64,000 bases of DNA from Candidatus Bathyarchaeia archaeon (lineage in GTDB: Archaea > Thermoproteota > Bathyarchaeia > Bathyarchaeales > Bathycorpusculaceae): NCBI GenBank assembly GCA_038868255.1, contig JAWCTJ010000002.1, positions 656-64,655 of the forward strand, in the 5' to 3' direction. Below the pieces are notes generated by a model. That model worked only from the letters and a program-made list of their open reading frames with translations, did not search any database and had not been told where the DNA came from. Each line of letters opens with the position of its first letter. The first letter of the stretch is position 1. The position numbers and the translations under genes were made by a program. This document shows positions 45,395 to 55,116 of this stretch, one piece after another.

Positions 45395-47368
45395 GTGACG
45401 TTTATGCGGCCGGTCAACGTATTACTGTTCATTTTTCCAGCAATATTGGCGTTTGTCATAACGTTGCTTATTAGTGCTTGGGGCTTAGAATTAGTTGTGT
45501 CCTTTTTCATAGTTTTTGACATGGCTATCTCATTTTTGATGATGATGCTATTCACTGTATACTGGCGATTGAATAGATCTTACGAGAAAATGGTGCTGCA
45601 CTCAAACTCGCAAATTAGGCTAGATGAAAGTAAATATAGGATTGCCGTTGTGATACCTACTTACAATGAGAATCCTGAGATAGTTCTAGGCACCGTAATA
45701 GCTTCTAAAATGGCCTTTAAGCATCTGGGCGACGTTTATGTGCTGGACGACTCAACGGATGAAAAGATAAGGAAAGAGCTGGATTTGTACTCTGAAGTTT
45801 ACAGTTTTTCTATAATGAGGCGGGATAACAGAAAGGGCTACAAGGCTGGAGCAGTTAACACCTGGCTTTCAAGATACGGTGAAAATTACGATCTTCTAGT
45901 TATAATGGACTCAGATCAGAGACCAATGCCTGGGTTTCTCAACCATGTAAGCAGGTTCTTTGACGATCCTGACGTTGTTTTTGTTCAGGTTCCCCAATAT
46001 TACTCAAACCTTGATAACACCGTCACCCTATCGGCATATCTCCAGCAACTCCCCTTCCTAAGGGTTGTTATGAGAGGTCGATCCGTGAAGAGAACGCCTT
46101 TTAGCCTTGGAAGCGGAACAGTGTACAGAATAAAGCATCTGTTGAGCGTTGGAGGCTTATATGAGGAGACGGTGACTGAGGATATTTTCACGTCGCTTTT
46201 ACTCCATGAGCGGGGATATAAGAGCGTATATGTTGATCTTCCGCTTGTATGGCGCGGCGAAGCTCCTAACGATCTGCCTAGCTATATGTCTCAACAAAAC
46301 CGCTGGTGCCTAGGTGGCTTTCAGCTGATTAGAAAGCTTCTAAACGCGAAACTGTCCATCTCAGCCACTTTGGATTACCTTAGCGGGATTTATTATTGGC
46401 TACATGTGGGGCTGTTATCAATGTTCGATGTGTTGGCGCCTGTGCTGTTCCTAGTGTTCGGGATATTCTTCATGAACATTGACCATGCAAGGTATCTTGC
46501 GGTGTATCTCCCCATATTCTCAGCGTCGATTACGTTTTACCTTATGGTGATGAGAAGATACAGATATGGTTTGAGGGAGTTTATTTATCATCAGGGAATC
46601 CAGTTTCTAGCTTCATTACCATCAACCATAGCCCTTTTTGAGTGGGCTCTCCGAAGGAGGAAGGGGTTTAAGGTGACCCCTAAAGGCATGGGTAAAGCTA
46701 CTTTCACCCGTTATCACCTCTATTACATGTTCATCGTTGTGATGCTCGCACTAGCAATTCTAGTGGGTGCCCACAAAATGCTGAGCTCGCAAGGAACGCT
46801 GCTTTATGCATACGTTGTTAATATTTTTTGGGCAGGCTGGTGGCTGCTTGTCTCCACATCAGCCCTATACATAAGCCTGTCTCTTCCAGTCCCAAGTGAA
46901 CTTGGAAGAAAGATTTCACAGGCTTACGAGGGATTAGAGGAAAGCGTGCTGATAATGCTTAGCTGCGCATTAATTCTCGAGAAAGCAATAGCTGACCACT
47001 ATTTCCAAGTCTCAAAGAGGCTTAAGGAATTCTCGGAGTCTTTAGAGACCATAGCTATGGAATCATCAAGGCATGCAGATACATACTCCAGACTTCAGAA
47101 ACCCATCCAGACACATGGGAAACGCGAGATCTTGGAATGTAAATGGGTTAAGCCATATCTTAATAAAATAAGCAAGGCAAAAAAGAGCAAGGATCCTGTT
47201 GGCTCAATTCTGCTGCATGAGGAGACATTCATACGCATATTCTCCCAGCTTATTCTGGAAACCTGCAGGCACATACTGGAAAACGCTGATGAAATAGCAA
47301 AAATAGTTGAGGATGAAGCAAGGCACGAAAAAATTCTGAGAGAAATAATGGGGAAAATTAGATTCTAG
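45395..47368 (+). CDS. Processive family-2 glycosyltransferase (cellulose-synthase-like) fused to a C-terminal ferritin-like domain
   Basis: VVIPTYNE, DDS, GYKAGAVN (the KAG motif), DSDQRP, TEDIFTS (TED) and QQNRWCLGG (QxxRW), with TM helices on both sides. The C-terminal roughly 150 aa carry IAMESSRHADTY and EDEARHEKIL. Confidence 0.85.
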   Translation: MTFMRPVNVLLFIFPAILAFVITLLISAWGLELVVSFFIVFDMAISFLMMMLFTVYWRLNRSYEKMVLHSNSQIRLDESKYRIAVVIPTYNENPEIVLGTVIASKMAFKHLGDVYVLDDSTDEKIRKELDLYSEVYSFSIMRRDNRKGYKAGAVNTWLSRYGENYDLLVIMDSDQRPMPGFLNHVSRFFDDPDVVFVQVPQYYSNLDNTVTLSAYLQQLPFLRVVMRGRSVKRTPFSLGSGTVYRIKHLLSVGGLYEETVTEDIFTSLLLHERGYKSVYVDLPLVWRGEAPNDLPSYMSQQNRWCLGGFQLIRKLLNAKLSISATLDYLSGIYYWLHVGLLSMFDVLAPVLFLVFGIFFMNIDHARYLAVYLPIFSASITFYLMVMRRYRYGLREFIYHQGIQFLASLPSTIALFEWALRRRKGFKVTPKGMGKATFTRYHLYYMFIVVMLALAILVGAHKMLSSQGTLLYAYVVNIFWAGWWLLVSTSALYISLSLPVPSELGRKISQAYEGLEESVLIMLSCALILEKAIADHYFQVSKRLKEFSESLETIAMESSRHADTYSRLQKPIQTHGKREILECKWVKPYLNKISKAKKSKDPVGSILLHEETFIRIFSQLILETCRHILENADEIAKIVEDEARHEKILREIMGKIRF

Positions 47369-47545
47369 CATATAGCAAAGGCGAAATTTAAAAATGTCAA
47401 GGCTTGATGTCAAGTGATTATTTCTCCAAATAGCATCCCTATTTCTGATGAAAAAGCGATTCAAGTTTTATCGTCTAGTTGGGAACAGTAGTGTATGGTA
47501 ATGCTTTTAAATTCTCGGAGTGCAATTTTTCATGGGTCATATGGT

Positions 47546-48376
47546 ATGAAAAGCCAAATTGTGGTTGCTTTAGTGGCGATACTCGTTACAGCGGCTTTAG
47601 GGGCATTTTACCTTTTTAAATCCCAAGAGCATGGTGGACCAAGCCCGGGACAGGAGGCAAGTCCTTATGTCTCTGACGTTTTAATAAGCGGGTTTGTGTA
47701 TACTGAGGACGGCGATCTTTTTATGCGATTGAAAATTCACGGAGAGGCGGATCTCAGAGAACCCTTAACCATCAATGGCGTTCACGGCTTCTGGTTTGGA
47801 CGTATCAGTGTAAGACTTCCAGACGGTAGGCAAACGCAAGTTTTCGAGCCAGGAGATTATATAAACGTTTTCACGCAGTTTCTCGAGTTGTCCGGTGAAA
47901 AAGTGGTTGATGTTTATCTGCCGACGAGCTGGCATGAAAATCCCTGTCTTGAGGGCTCGTATAACGTTACAGTGTTCCTAAAGGGTCCTTACGGGAATGT
48001 CACGGTGCTTTTCCATAAAAATTTCAACCTTAAAATGACGCTTACGTCAACGGTGACTCCTACTACTTGGGATTCATGGGATGAAAATGTAACCTTAAGC
48101 ATAACCAACACTGGCGATGTACCTGTAATTCTACAGGGCGTCGGCATGGAGCTGAGGGAAACAAGAACTGTGATAGGCTGGATTAATGCGCCGACGCTTG
48201 AAAGCCGGATCTTGGTGATCATGCCCGGTGAAACTAAGACATGGATGGGGACGGCTACAATGGCCAGCGAATTCAAAGAAGAACTTGCCGGTAAGACACT
48301 TACCGTCGACTTCGTAATGGACATCGCTGGGGCACCAAGACGATTCGCAGTAACCTCAAACGTGAGCTTCCCGTAG
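47546..48376 (+). CDS. Membrane-anchored extracellular protein, function unknown
   Basis: N-terminal anchor MKSQIVVALVAILVTAALGAFYLF, a beta-rich body with several N-x-T sequons, and a CARDB-like stretch LSITNTGDVPVIL. Confidence 0.5.
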   Translation: MKSQIVVALVAILVTAALGAFYLFKSQEHGGPSPGQEASPYVSDVLISGFVYTEDGDLFMRLKIHGEADLREPLTINGVHGFWFGRISVRLPDGRQTQVFEPGDYINVFTQFLELSGEKVVDVYLPTSWHENPCLEGSYNVTVFLKGPYGNVTVLFHKNFNLKMTLTSTVTPTTWDSWDENVTLSITNTGDVPVILQGVGMELRETRTVIGWINAPTLESRILVIMPGETKTWMGTATMASEFKEELAGKTLTVDFVMDIAGAPRRFAVTSNVSFP

Positions 48377-48580
48377 GTCACCGAAATACGCCATGATTTG
48401 TTCCTAAAAGTTCAAGCTTTCTAATCGAATAGCTCTGCATATCCGGACAGCCATGCTAAAATTTATTTGCAAGCAGGCGGAAATTTCGATATTGTTCTTC
48501 CGTTAAAATGGCATTGGCTAAGAGGCGCTTCCCAACATGCCCTCTGCAGACGCAAAATCCGTGGGAGGTTAGAATTCTGA

Positions 48581-51523
48581 TTGAAAAGTTTTGAACATTT
48601 AAGCATACTCCTAACGGTGCTATTGTTATGTCAGCTTTATCTTCCCATTGCCGGTGCACCTGTTAGTGAAGGCTCTTGGAAGGTGAATTATGAAGAAGAG
48701 GATGAGTCATCCTATCGCTTTAACATTGGTAAAGAGGTTTCCGGTCTAGAGATTTGGCTCTACATCAGCACCTCAGACGTGGACCAACAGGCTTTTGATG
48801 ACGATTGGATCGAGTTAACCCTAGTTAGTAAACCTCTCTTGGTTGCTACTTCGTCAGGCCAGTTTCTCGTCGAACCCGTTGTCGGCCTCACTAGGATAGG
48901 TTATAGAGGTGATGGCGAAAAAAGTGCTGGTGGGCTTCATGCAGTTTATTATGTTCTGCCAAAGAGAAGCTTTGTATCCTACGTGAACGTCACCATTCAC
49001 GCATTCCACAGTAGCCCACGCCTAAACCTACATCAATCCTACATCAGGGAATGGACTCCAATAATTGAGATGGTTCAGCTTGAAACTTGGAGCAGAGGAT
49101 GGCGCAAGTCCCGCATAGGCCAGGACTGTATGGGACAAGTATCCCTCATATCCTTCGGCGCTCCAGTTGGTGATCAGCCTATGAACTCAGGTATTAACTG
49201 GTACTTCGGCAAGAGAATAAAGCCGCCTAGAATCGCATGGAAGCCAGACGTATATGTGGAGGTGGGATATGCGGGCGGAATAAACATTGCCCCTGAAAGC
49301 TTCGTAGGCACTGGAAATTATAGGTGTAAAATTAACGTGGGCGTTGGGTGCGGCCGCACACTAAACGATGGGATCGCAAACGGGCTGGAGGAGACTGTGT
49401 ACATGTCGGAGAGAGGCAGCGGATCGTCGCTTGTGGCTGATGAAGCTGCAGGCGGATACATTGACATAGGACTCGAAATTCTTCAAAGAGTTTCAAACTC
49501 GCCCGCCGCGAAGGCTGCTTTTGAATCCCTCGGCTATGCGCTTTTCGTGCTGGATCTCATGGATGTAATTCTCACCTTGGGATTCGACGAAACCGTAGCT
49601 GAGAGCCGAATTATCACCTTTAAGAACTTCCCAGTGGGCGAGGACTTTTTCACCTATTTCAACTTTTATGCTGAAACAGCTTCTGCCGGACTGAGCGGAG
49701 GAATAGTTAACTTCTGGGGGCAATGTCCCTTTGGCCAGTCAATCTTCGACAATCTCGGGTTCAGCATTGTCAGTCTCCCCAATGGCGGAATGCAGATAGG
49801 CGGGGTTCTATTTGACTATCACATTCCCGATTTAAAACGTCTAAACGGGCCGGTAGTTATTAGGGATGATGGTTGCATAGATCCCTTCACCACACCCCTA
49901 AAAACCGATGATTACACTGTGTATGAGCTTGAAGGCGACTTAAATGTAAGCCTCACTGTAGAAAGGAGCAACATGCTGTTAAACGGGCGCAATCACACGG
50001 TCTCCGGTCTCATAATACAGCGCGTAAGCAACTCCACTATTGGGTTCTTCAACGTGGTGAACAGCGAAATCGGCGTTGACGTGTCATGCTATAACACCAG
50101 GATCCATGGAATCCAGGTTATAGGATGCCCCAATGGTTTTAGAGCGATATGCCAAAACAGCACTTTCAATAATCTTGTCATATTTGGCGGCTCCATGGAC
50201 GGCTTTGAGATCAGCGGATGGGGAAACAGAATTTACAATGTCTACATAAAGGGTTTTGAGCGCGGCATTCACCTCTACTTCACCGAGGACAGCTTAATAT
50301 CAGAAAACATTATAGAGGAATGCGGTGTCGGCATATCTCTCTATTGTTCTTGGAGTAACAGAATACTAAACAATAAGATTTCGAACTGTGGCAGGTACGG
50401 CCTATATTTGTCTGGCCAAACAGTTGAAAATAACGAAATTTGCGAGAACACCATTATAAGCTGTCCAATTGGGGTTGAGTCGCTTGACGCCGGAGCAAAT
50501 AGGATTAAAGATAACAGAATTCACGGCGGATTAAAGGCGCTGGAGCTTGAAGAGGTGGCTTATCCGCCTTCAACCGCCCTATACATACAAAGTCCCGATG
50601 CATCCGTTGACATGGGATTCGAGATCTCAGGGAACGTTATATCCTCCTACCCGCGTGGCATCCACATGCTTTTCACAGGCGGAAGCGTTGTGCATGCTAA
50701 CGTGGTGATGGGTTGTCATGTAGCCATTTACCTGGCAGGTTCGGAGCGCAATAAGATCTTTGAAAACACCTTCATGAACAATAATTTAGATTTATACTTG
50801 GAGGTTTCAGGCAATAATATACTGTATCATAACAACTTCATTGATGGCGGAAGTGGAAAAATCAGCGGTGAGATTGTTGAAGGCGTTCTAGCCCGTAATA
50901 CTTGGGATCACGGTTATCCTGGAGGCGGGAACTTCTGGGGCGATTATACTGGAAAAGATGAAAAACAAGGTCCAGGCCAGGACGTCGATGGAGCTGACGG
51001 CATAGGGGACTCTCAGTACCAAATTGGCGTACATGGTGTGGACAGATACCCGTTGATGGAACCCCATGGGGAGCTTCCACCATTAACCTACATTTTCCAG
51101 CCATCAGAAAACTTCACTATACATCTGATCTCAAACTCGATAGTGACAGGTTTTAAATGCGATCTAGCGGGCCGTATGATTGCCTTTGAAGTTTACTGGA
51201 AAAACGGAACCCGCGGGTTCGTGGATCTCTACGTGCCTGAAGATATCTTTAAAGGTGAACCCATGATACTATTCGATGGGAAATCAATATCCTTCAACAA
51301 AAGTGAGGAAAATGGCTTTAGGCGTATCCAATTCACATATGAGCATTCAAGGCATATTGTAGAGATATCGTTCAGAGACAATAGCCCTTTTGTCCTCGCG
51401 GCAGCGGTATTGATAACGGCGGCAGCCTTAACGTTCATCCTCTACCTTAGAAGGCGGAGAACGCTAAAGACATCCGGAACATTTAAGCCGTCTGAGAGCA
51501 TACTGGAAAATTATTATATGTAA
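48581..51523 (+). CDS. Large secreted right-handed beta-helix (PbH1/NosD/CASH-like) protein with a C-terminal TM anchor
   Basis: Signal peptide LSILLTVLLLCQLYLPIAGAP. There are at least 8 consecutive roughly 22-aa repeats of the N-x-I/V-x-x-N/C type (aa about 470-790), and the NosD-like end motif GDSQYQIGVHGVDRYPLMEP. The protein ends in the TM helix VLAAAVLITAAALTFILYL followed by RRRR. Confidence 0.7.
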   Translation: MKSFEHLSILLTVLLLCQLYLPIAGAPVSEGSWKVNYEEEDESSYRFNIGKEVSGLEIWLYISTSDVDQQAFDDDWIELTLVSKPLLVATSSGQFLVEPVVGLTRIGYRGDGEKSAGGLHAVYYVLPKRSFVSYVNVTIHAFHSSPRLNLHQSYIREWTPIIEMVQLETWSRGWRKSRIGQDCMGQVSLISFGAPVGDQPMNSGINWYFGKRIKPPRIAWKPDVYVEVGYAGGINIAPESFVGTGNYRCKINVGVGCGRTLNDGIANGLEETVYMSERGSGSSLVADEAAGGYIDIGLEILQRVSNSPAAKAAFESLGYALFVLDLMDVILTLGFDETVAESRIITFKNFPVGEDFFTYFNFYAETASAGLSGGIVNFWGQCPFGQSIFDNLGFSIVSLPNGGMQIGGVLFDYHIPDLKRLNGPVVIRDDGCIDPFTTPLKTDDYTVYELEGDLNVSLTVERSNMLLNGRNHTVSGLIIQRVSNSTIGFFNVVNSEIGVDVSCYNTRIHGIQVIGCPNGFRAICQNSTFNNLVIFGGSMDGFEISGWGNRIYNVYIKGFERGIHLYFTEDSLISENIIEECGVGISLYCSWSNRILNNKISNCGRYGLYLSGQTVENNEICENTIISCPIGVESLDAGANRIKDNRIHGGLKALELEEVAYPPSTALYIQSPDASVDMGFEISGNVISSYPRGIHMLFTGGSVVHANVVMGCHVAIYLAGSERNKIFENTFMNNNLDLYLEVSGNNILYHNNFIDGGSGKISGEIVEGVLARNTWDHGYPGGGNFWGDYTGKDEKQGPGQDVDGADGIGDSQYQIGVHGVDRYPLMEPHGELPPLTYIFQPSENFTIHLISNSIVTGFKCDLAGRMIAFEVYWKNGTRGFVDLYVPEDIFKGEPMILFDGKSISFNKSEENGFRRIQFTYEHSRHIVEISFRDNSPFVLAAAVLITAAALTFILYLRRRRTLKTSGTFKPSESILENYYM

Positions 51524-51688
51524 TCATGTAATAGGAATATTTTGGGCTTGTATAAATGCCGCCGCCGCATGCCCTTTCAACTGATAGTCCACATGTTTTA
51601 GAATTTCTAGAAAGGTTTTTTCAAGCGTGTCATACACTTGGGCGGGTAACGGAATGGGGGATTGGGGTTGGAAAGGGTAAGTGAACAT

Positions 51689-52183
51689 ATGAGTTTGCTT
51701 GAGAAGATTCTAAAGTATGTTCCTGGATACCGCGGGTATAAGGAGAAGGAGATAAGAAGAGAAACTGATAGGCTTGTCAGGATCGAGGTTGTTAATAGGC
51801 TTAAATCCGCGAAGAACACTTTGAAGACGGCTCTTTCAGATCCACTTTATATGAGGCGTCTTTCAGAGGAAGATGCATGGAGACTTGACACTTTATTGTC
51901 TCGGCTGGATAGGGTCGAACGGCGTTTAGAGCATGCGGTGGCAGGCTATTCAGGAATGTTCGACTCAGTTAAGGTTAGAGAAGATAAGCTTGATGCGGTT
52001 CTGCAGCACGACCTAGGCCTAATAGAGAAGGCTGAGGCCATAAAGGGCAGCGTGGAAAATTTCGTTAAAAAGCAGGTTATGGAGGAAGGGCGAGGCGTAA
52101 TCCTCAACTTGTTAGATAAGGCGGATGAGTTAGACGCACTTGTCAACAAACGGGCTGAGATGCTTAGGGGGTTGACCGGCTAA
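51689..52183 (+). CDS. All-helical coiled-coil protein, function unknown (partner of the SPFH gene)
   Basis: 164 aa from the ATG at 51689, which is preceded by AGGGTAAGTGA. The sequence is heptad-rich and charged. It lies 20 nt upstream of the SPFH gene on the same strand. Confidence 0.5.
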   Translation: MSLLEKILKYVPGYRGYKEKEIRRETDRLVRIEVVNRLKSAKNTLKTALSDPLYMRRLSEEDAWRLDTLLSRLDRVERRLEHAVAGYSGMFDSVKVREDKLDAVLQHDLGLIEKAEAIKGSVENFVKKQVMEEGRGVILNLLDKADELDALVNKRAEMLRGLTG

Positions 52184-52203
52184 AATTATGAGGGGTATGT
52201 GCT

Positions 52204-53154
52204 ATGCCGAAAGTTATTGAGTGGGTAGGGGCGCGTGAAAGCGAAATAATCTGGCGTTATCCCCAGGAGGAAATAGCTTGGGGAGACAACTTAATAGTTC
52301 ACGAGTATGAGGCAGCCGTCTTTCTACGTGACGGAAAAGCCTATGACGTTTTTTATGCTGGAAGACACGTGATAACAAGCGCTAATCTTCCCCTCGTCAC
52401 AAAAGTGCTTTCTGCATTAGCAGGCTTCGACAAGGTTCCCTTCAGGGCCACAGTAATATTCATCTCGCTGAAGCAGTTTCAGGGTAGATTCGGAGCTCAA
52501 GGCCAAACAAAGGAACTTGCGCCTATCAAGTTTTATGGATCCTTTTGGTTCAGAGTTGAAGATCCTAACCTCTTCGTAAACGAGGTTGTCGGCGGACAGG
52601 GAACCTACACCACCATGGGCCTCCAGGAGTTCATCAGGGGATATTTTAACGAGAGGATAATTGACACTCTAAGTCAATATTCGCTTGTCGAGGTATACGG
52701 GAAACTTGACGAAACAAGCTTCCTGGCTAAGAACCTGCTTTATGACGCCTTCAAGAGGATAGGCCTAGAGCTTGTTGATGTGAAATTTGAAGGAATAGAT
52801 ACAACTTCAGAGTGGCGGGACAGAATTTTCTACCTAAGAACCGGCGTCTCAGCCGAGGAAGTTCTTAGAATGCAAACCCTGCAGAAGGCTGCTGAGAGCC
52901 TATCTAAAAGTCAAGGAGCTGCGGTGGGTGCAGGCGTAGCCATAATCCCGCCACTTTTCCAGCCACCCACATCTGCCCAAGCCCAGCCGATGATTCTATG
53001 TTCCAAATGTGGCCTTCAAAACCCGCAGACGGCTAAATTCTGCAGCAACTGCGGGGCTCCTCTTCGAACCGCTGGCCCAGCCTGCCCCAACTGTGGAACA
53101 GTGAATCCGACTGGCGCAAAATTCTGCATAAACTGCGGCCAAAAACTATCCTAG
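52204..53154 (+). CDS. SPFH/band-7-like protein of the YdjI (COG4260) type with a C-terminal double zinc ribbon
   Basis: The N-terminus VIEWVGARESEIIWRYPQEEIAWGDNLIVHEYEAAVFLRDGK parallels B. subtilis YdjI. The C-terminus is CSKCGLQNPQTAKFCSNCG...CPNCGTVNPTGAKFCINCG. Confidence 0.7.
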   Translation: MPKVIEWVGARESEIIWRYPQEEIAWGDNLIVHEYEAAVFLRDGKAYDVFYAGRHVITSANLPLVTKVLSALAGFDKVPFRATVIFISLKQFQGRFGAQGQTKELAPIKFYGSFWFRVEDPNLFVNEVVGGQGTYTTMGLQEFIRGYFNERIIDTLSQYSLVEVYGKLDETSFLAKNLLYDAFKRIGLELVDVKFEGIDTTSEWRDRIFYLRTGVSAEEVLRMQTLQKAAESLSKSQGAAVGAGVAIIPPLFQPPTSAQAQPMILCSKCGLQNPQTAKFCSNCGAPLRTAGPACPNCGTVNPTGAKFCINCGQKLS

Positions 53155-53178
53155 CCATGACCCATAACACGTCCACCG

Positions 53179-53769
53179 TTAGGCCGTCCTATTGGCGCCG
53201 CAATGTGGACATGTGATTTCAGTTTGTGGAAAGAGTGTACCACAGTATTTGCATGGAACCATAACCACCTCGCGGATTACCTCTTTGGTGATTGGTGCAG
53301 CTGAAGGCTGAGCTACCTGAACCTCTACGGTGCGGCTTGTTGCATCAGGCCTTCCTTTCACGGCTACAACTCCCTTAATTGACCATGAAATTTTCCTGTC
53401 AACCCCTTTCGATGTAGGCTTCATCGTTACTGGTAGAGTTATGCTGAATGGAAAGTTGCGGGTGAACCCCCTCGATATATGCATCGGCCCGCTGAGGCAT
53501 GGCTTAGCCTGATAAAGCGTCGCGGTTTCCCAGGTTTCAACTGGCACCTCATGCTTTAGGTTAGGGTTGTATATTCGCTTTTGAACTCTTGCTGACTCAA
53601 CACAAGCCAATTCGCATCTTACCTCGTCAGCGTCAAAATCGTCGTCTGAAGACAAGATAAGCTCGCCCTCGAGTTTTTCCCCAAGGTAATACACGTCTTT
53701 TTTGAGATTTATCGTCACGCTGACTTTAGGCGGAGTGATCTTCTCGGAGAGTTTCTTCAAAAAAGACAA
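53179..53769 (-). CDS. SpoOM-family (arrestin-like fold) protein with a C-terminal zinc ribbon
   Basis: MSFLKKLSEKI...VSVTINLKKDVYYLGEKLEGELILSSDDDFDADEVRCEL parallels the Spo0M N-terminus. The C-terminus is CKYCGTLFPQTEITCPHCG. Confidence 0.6.
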   Translation of the reverse strand: MSFLKKLSEKITPPKVSVTINLKKDVYYLGEKLEGELILSSDDDFDADEVRCELACVESARVQKRIYNPNLKHEVPVETWETATLYQAKPCLSGPMHISRGFTRNFPFSITLPVTMKPTSKGVDRKISWSIKGVVAVKGRPDATSRTVEVQVAQPSAAPITKEVIREVVMVPCKYCGTLFPQTEITCPHCGANRTA

Positions 53770-53968
53770 AGTTGCCTCTCCATCCTCGTCGCATTTTCAT
53801 AATTAGTGAATTAGGTGGTAATAAAAGATTTACTCTAATAATTTTACGTTGAACTTTTCTAAATGTCTTGGTTATGTTCAAATAAAACAGCGGCTTTATT
53901 TTCCATGTTAGATGCTTACCTGCTAAAATTCCCGCATTAAGGCTTCTAACCATAAAAATCATATGAAC

Positions 53969-54823
53969 TTAAAATTCGCTTATGAAGAATCCTATAATGA
54001 AAGTTAATCCCGCTATCCCCAAGCTTATTGTTGTCATTTCCAGGAACCTTCTTTTGAAAGGCAGATCTTTGGCGATTGAGATGTAGAAGGTAAACAGGAA
54101 AATGACGCTGATAGCAGCCATTATTGTCAAGCCTAGGCAGACGTATGCGTCTGAAAGAAGAAGGTATGGAGATATCAGAAACAGAACTGTTAGGACATAG
54201 GCAATGCCGGTGTAGGCTGCTGCCTTAAGGGGCTTTTTTGCGTTTCCCTCCGATCTGGTTGATAGGTATTCTGATGTAGCCATTGATAGTGACGCTGCTA
54301 TCCCTGTGATGAGCCCCATCATTGCGACCAATCTGGTGTTTTGAAGGGCGAATGTGAATCCTGCAAGGGCGCCGGTAAGCTCAACAAGCGCATCATTAAG
54401 GCCTAATACAATGGAGCCCACATATCTTAGCCTTTCCTCATCAAGTAAATTCATGAGTTGTTTTTCATGTTCATTCTCATCTTTTACAATGTTCTTTGCA
54501 TCAGGCATAAACTTGGATATTTCTTCATAAATTTCTTGGGCCTTCTCTTCACCTTTTTCCATAAGCTTTATTCCAAAAGTCATCCCAAAAATTTTTGAAA
54601 TCAAATAGTACTTCCAAAATTTAAGCCAATATGGATTCGCATCTTTTTTGGTGTATTTCCTCCAAAACTCGTAATGTTTAAGCTCATCATATGCAATATG
54701 ACTTAAAACTTCTCTATTATTAGATTCTTTTGCTGTTTGGGACAGCTTCTTATAGATGAAATGCTCTGTAATTTCATTCTTCTGGGCATCCAATATGACC
54801 TTTTCAACTTCTTTATTCAACAT
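53969..54823 (-). CDS. VIT1/CCC1-family Fe/Mn transporter with an N-terminal ferritin-like domain
   Basis: N-terminal QKNEITEHFIYKKL...IAYDELKHYEFW...KDENEHEKQL (E/ExxH motifs), followed by LRYVGSIVLGLNDALVELTGALAG and 5 TM helices. Confidence 0.8.
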   Translation of the reverse strand: MLNKEVEKVILDAQKNEITEHFIYKKLSQTAKESNNREVLSHIAYDELKHYEFWRKYTKKDANPYWLKFWKYYLISKIFGMTFGIKLMEKGEEKAQEIYEEISKFMPDAKNIVKDENEHEKQLMNLLDEERLRYVGSIVLGLNDALVELTGALAGFTFALQNTRLVAMMGLITGIAASLSMATSEYLSTRSEGNAKKPLKAAAYTGIAYVLTVLFLISPYLLLSDAYVCLGLTIMAAISVIFLFTFYISIAKDLPFKRRFLEMTTISLGIAGLTFIIGFFISEF

Positions 54824-55116
54824 TTCAACTTCACAATTACATATTGTCTAGTTCTTAATTATTCCTTAAATTCTACCAAGCTTTATGACGTATGCAACTT
54901 TTATGCCTGGGCTTCACTTGAATCCTCTTCATATAATAATGTTCAAGCAATCCTGAGGAGGAAAACAGCTCAAGCCCTCAGCGAAGGAAGGCCCATATAC
55001 TTAATTCCAACATCCGAAGAAGGCTTTGAAAACAAATAAAATTTAGGCATCCAACCGTCAATGTGAAGAGCTTGATAAATTCTGATATTGCTTCATCCAA
55101 ATTGAAGCTGTATCGT

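Noticed and set aside
43965-52000. Integrated mobile element at tRNA-Glu
   Set aside because: I found no integrase, recombinase or transposase gene and no direct repeat of the tRNA 3' end by eye. Only the compositional and functional shift is noted, in a finding.
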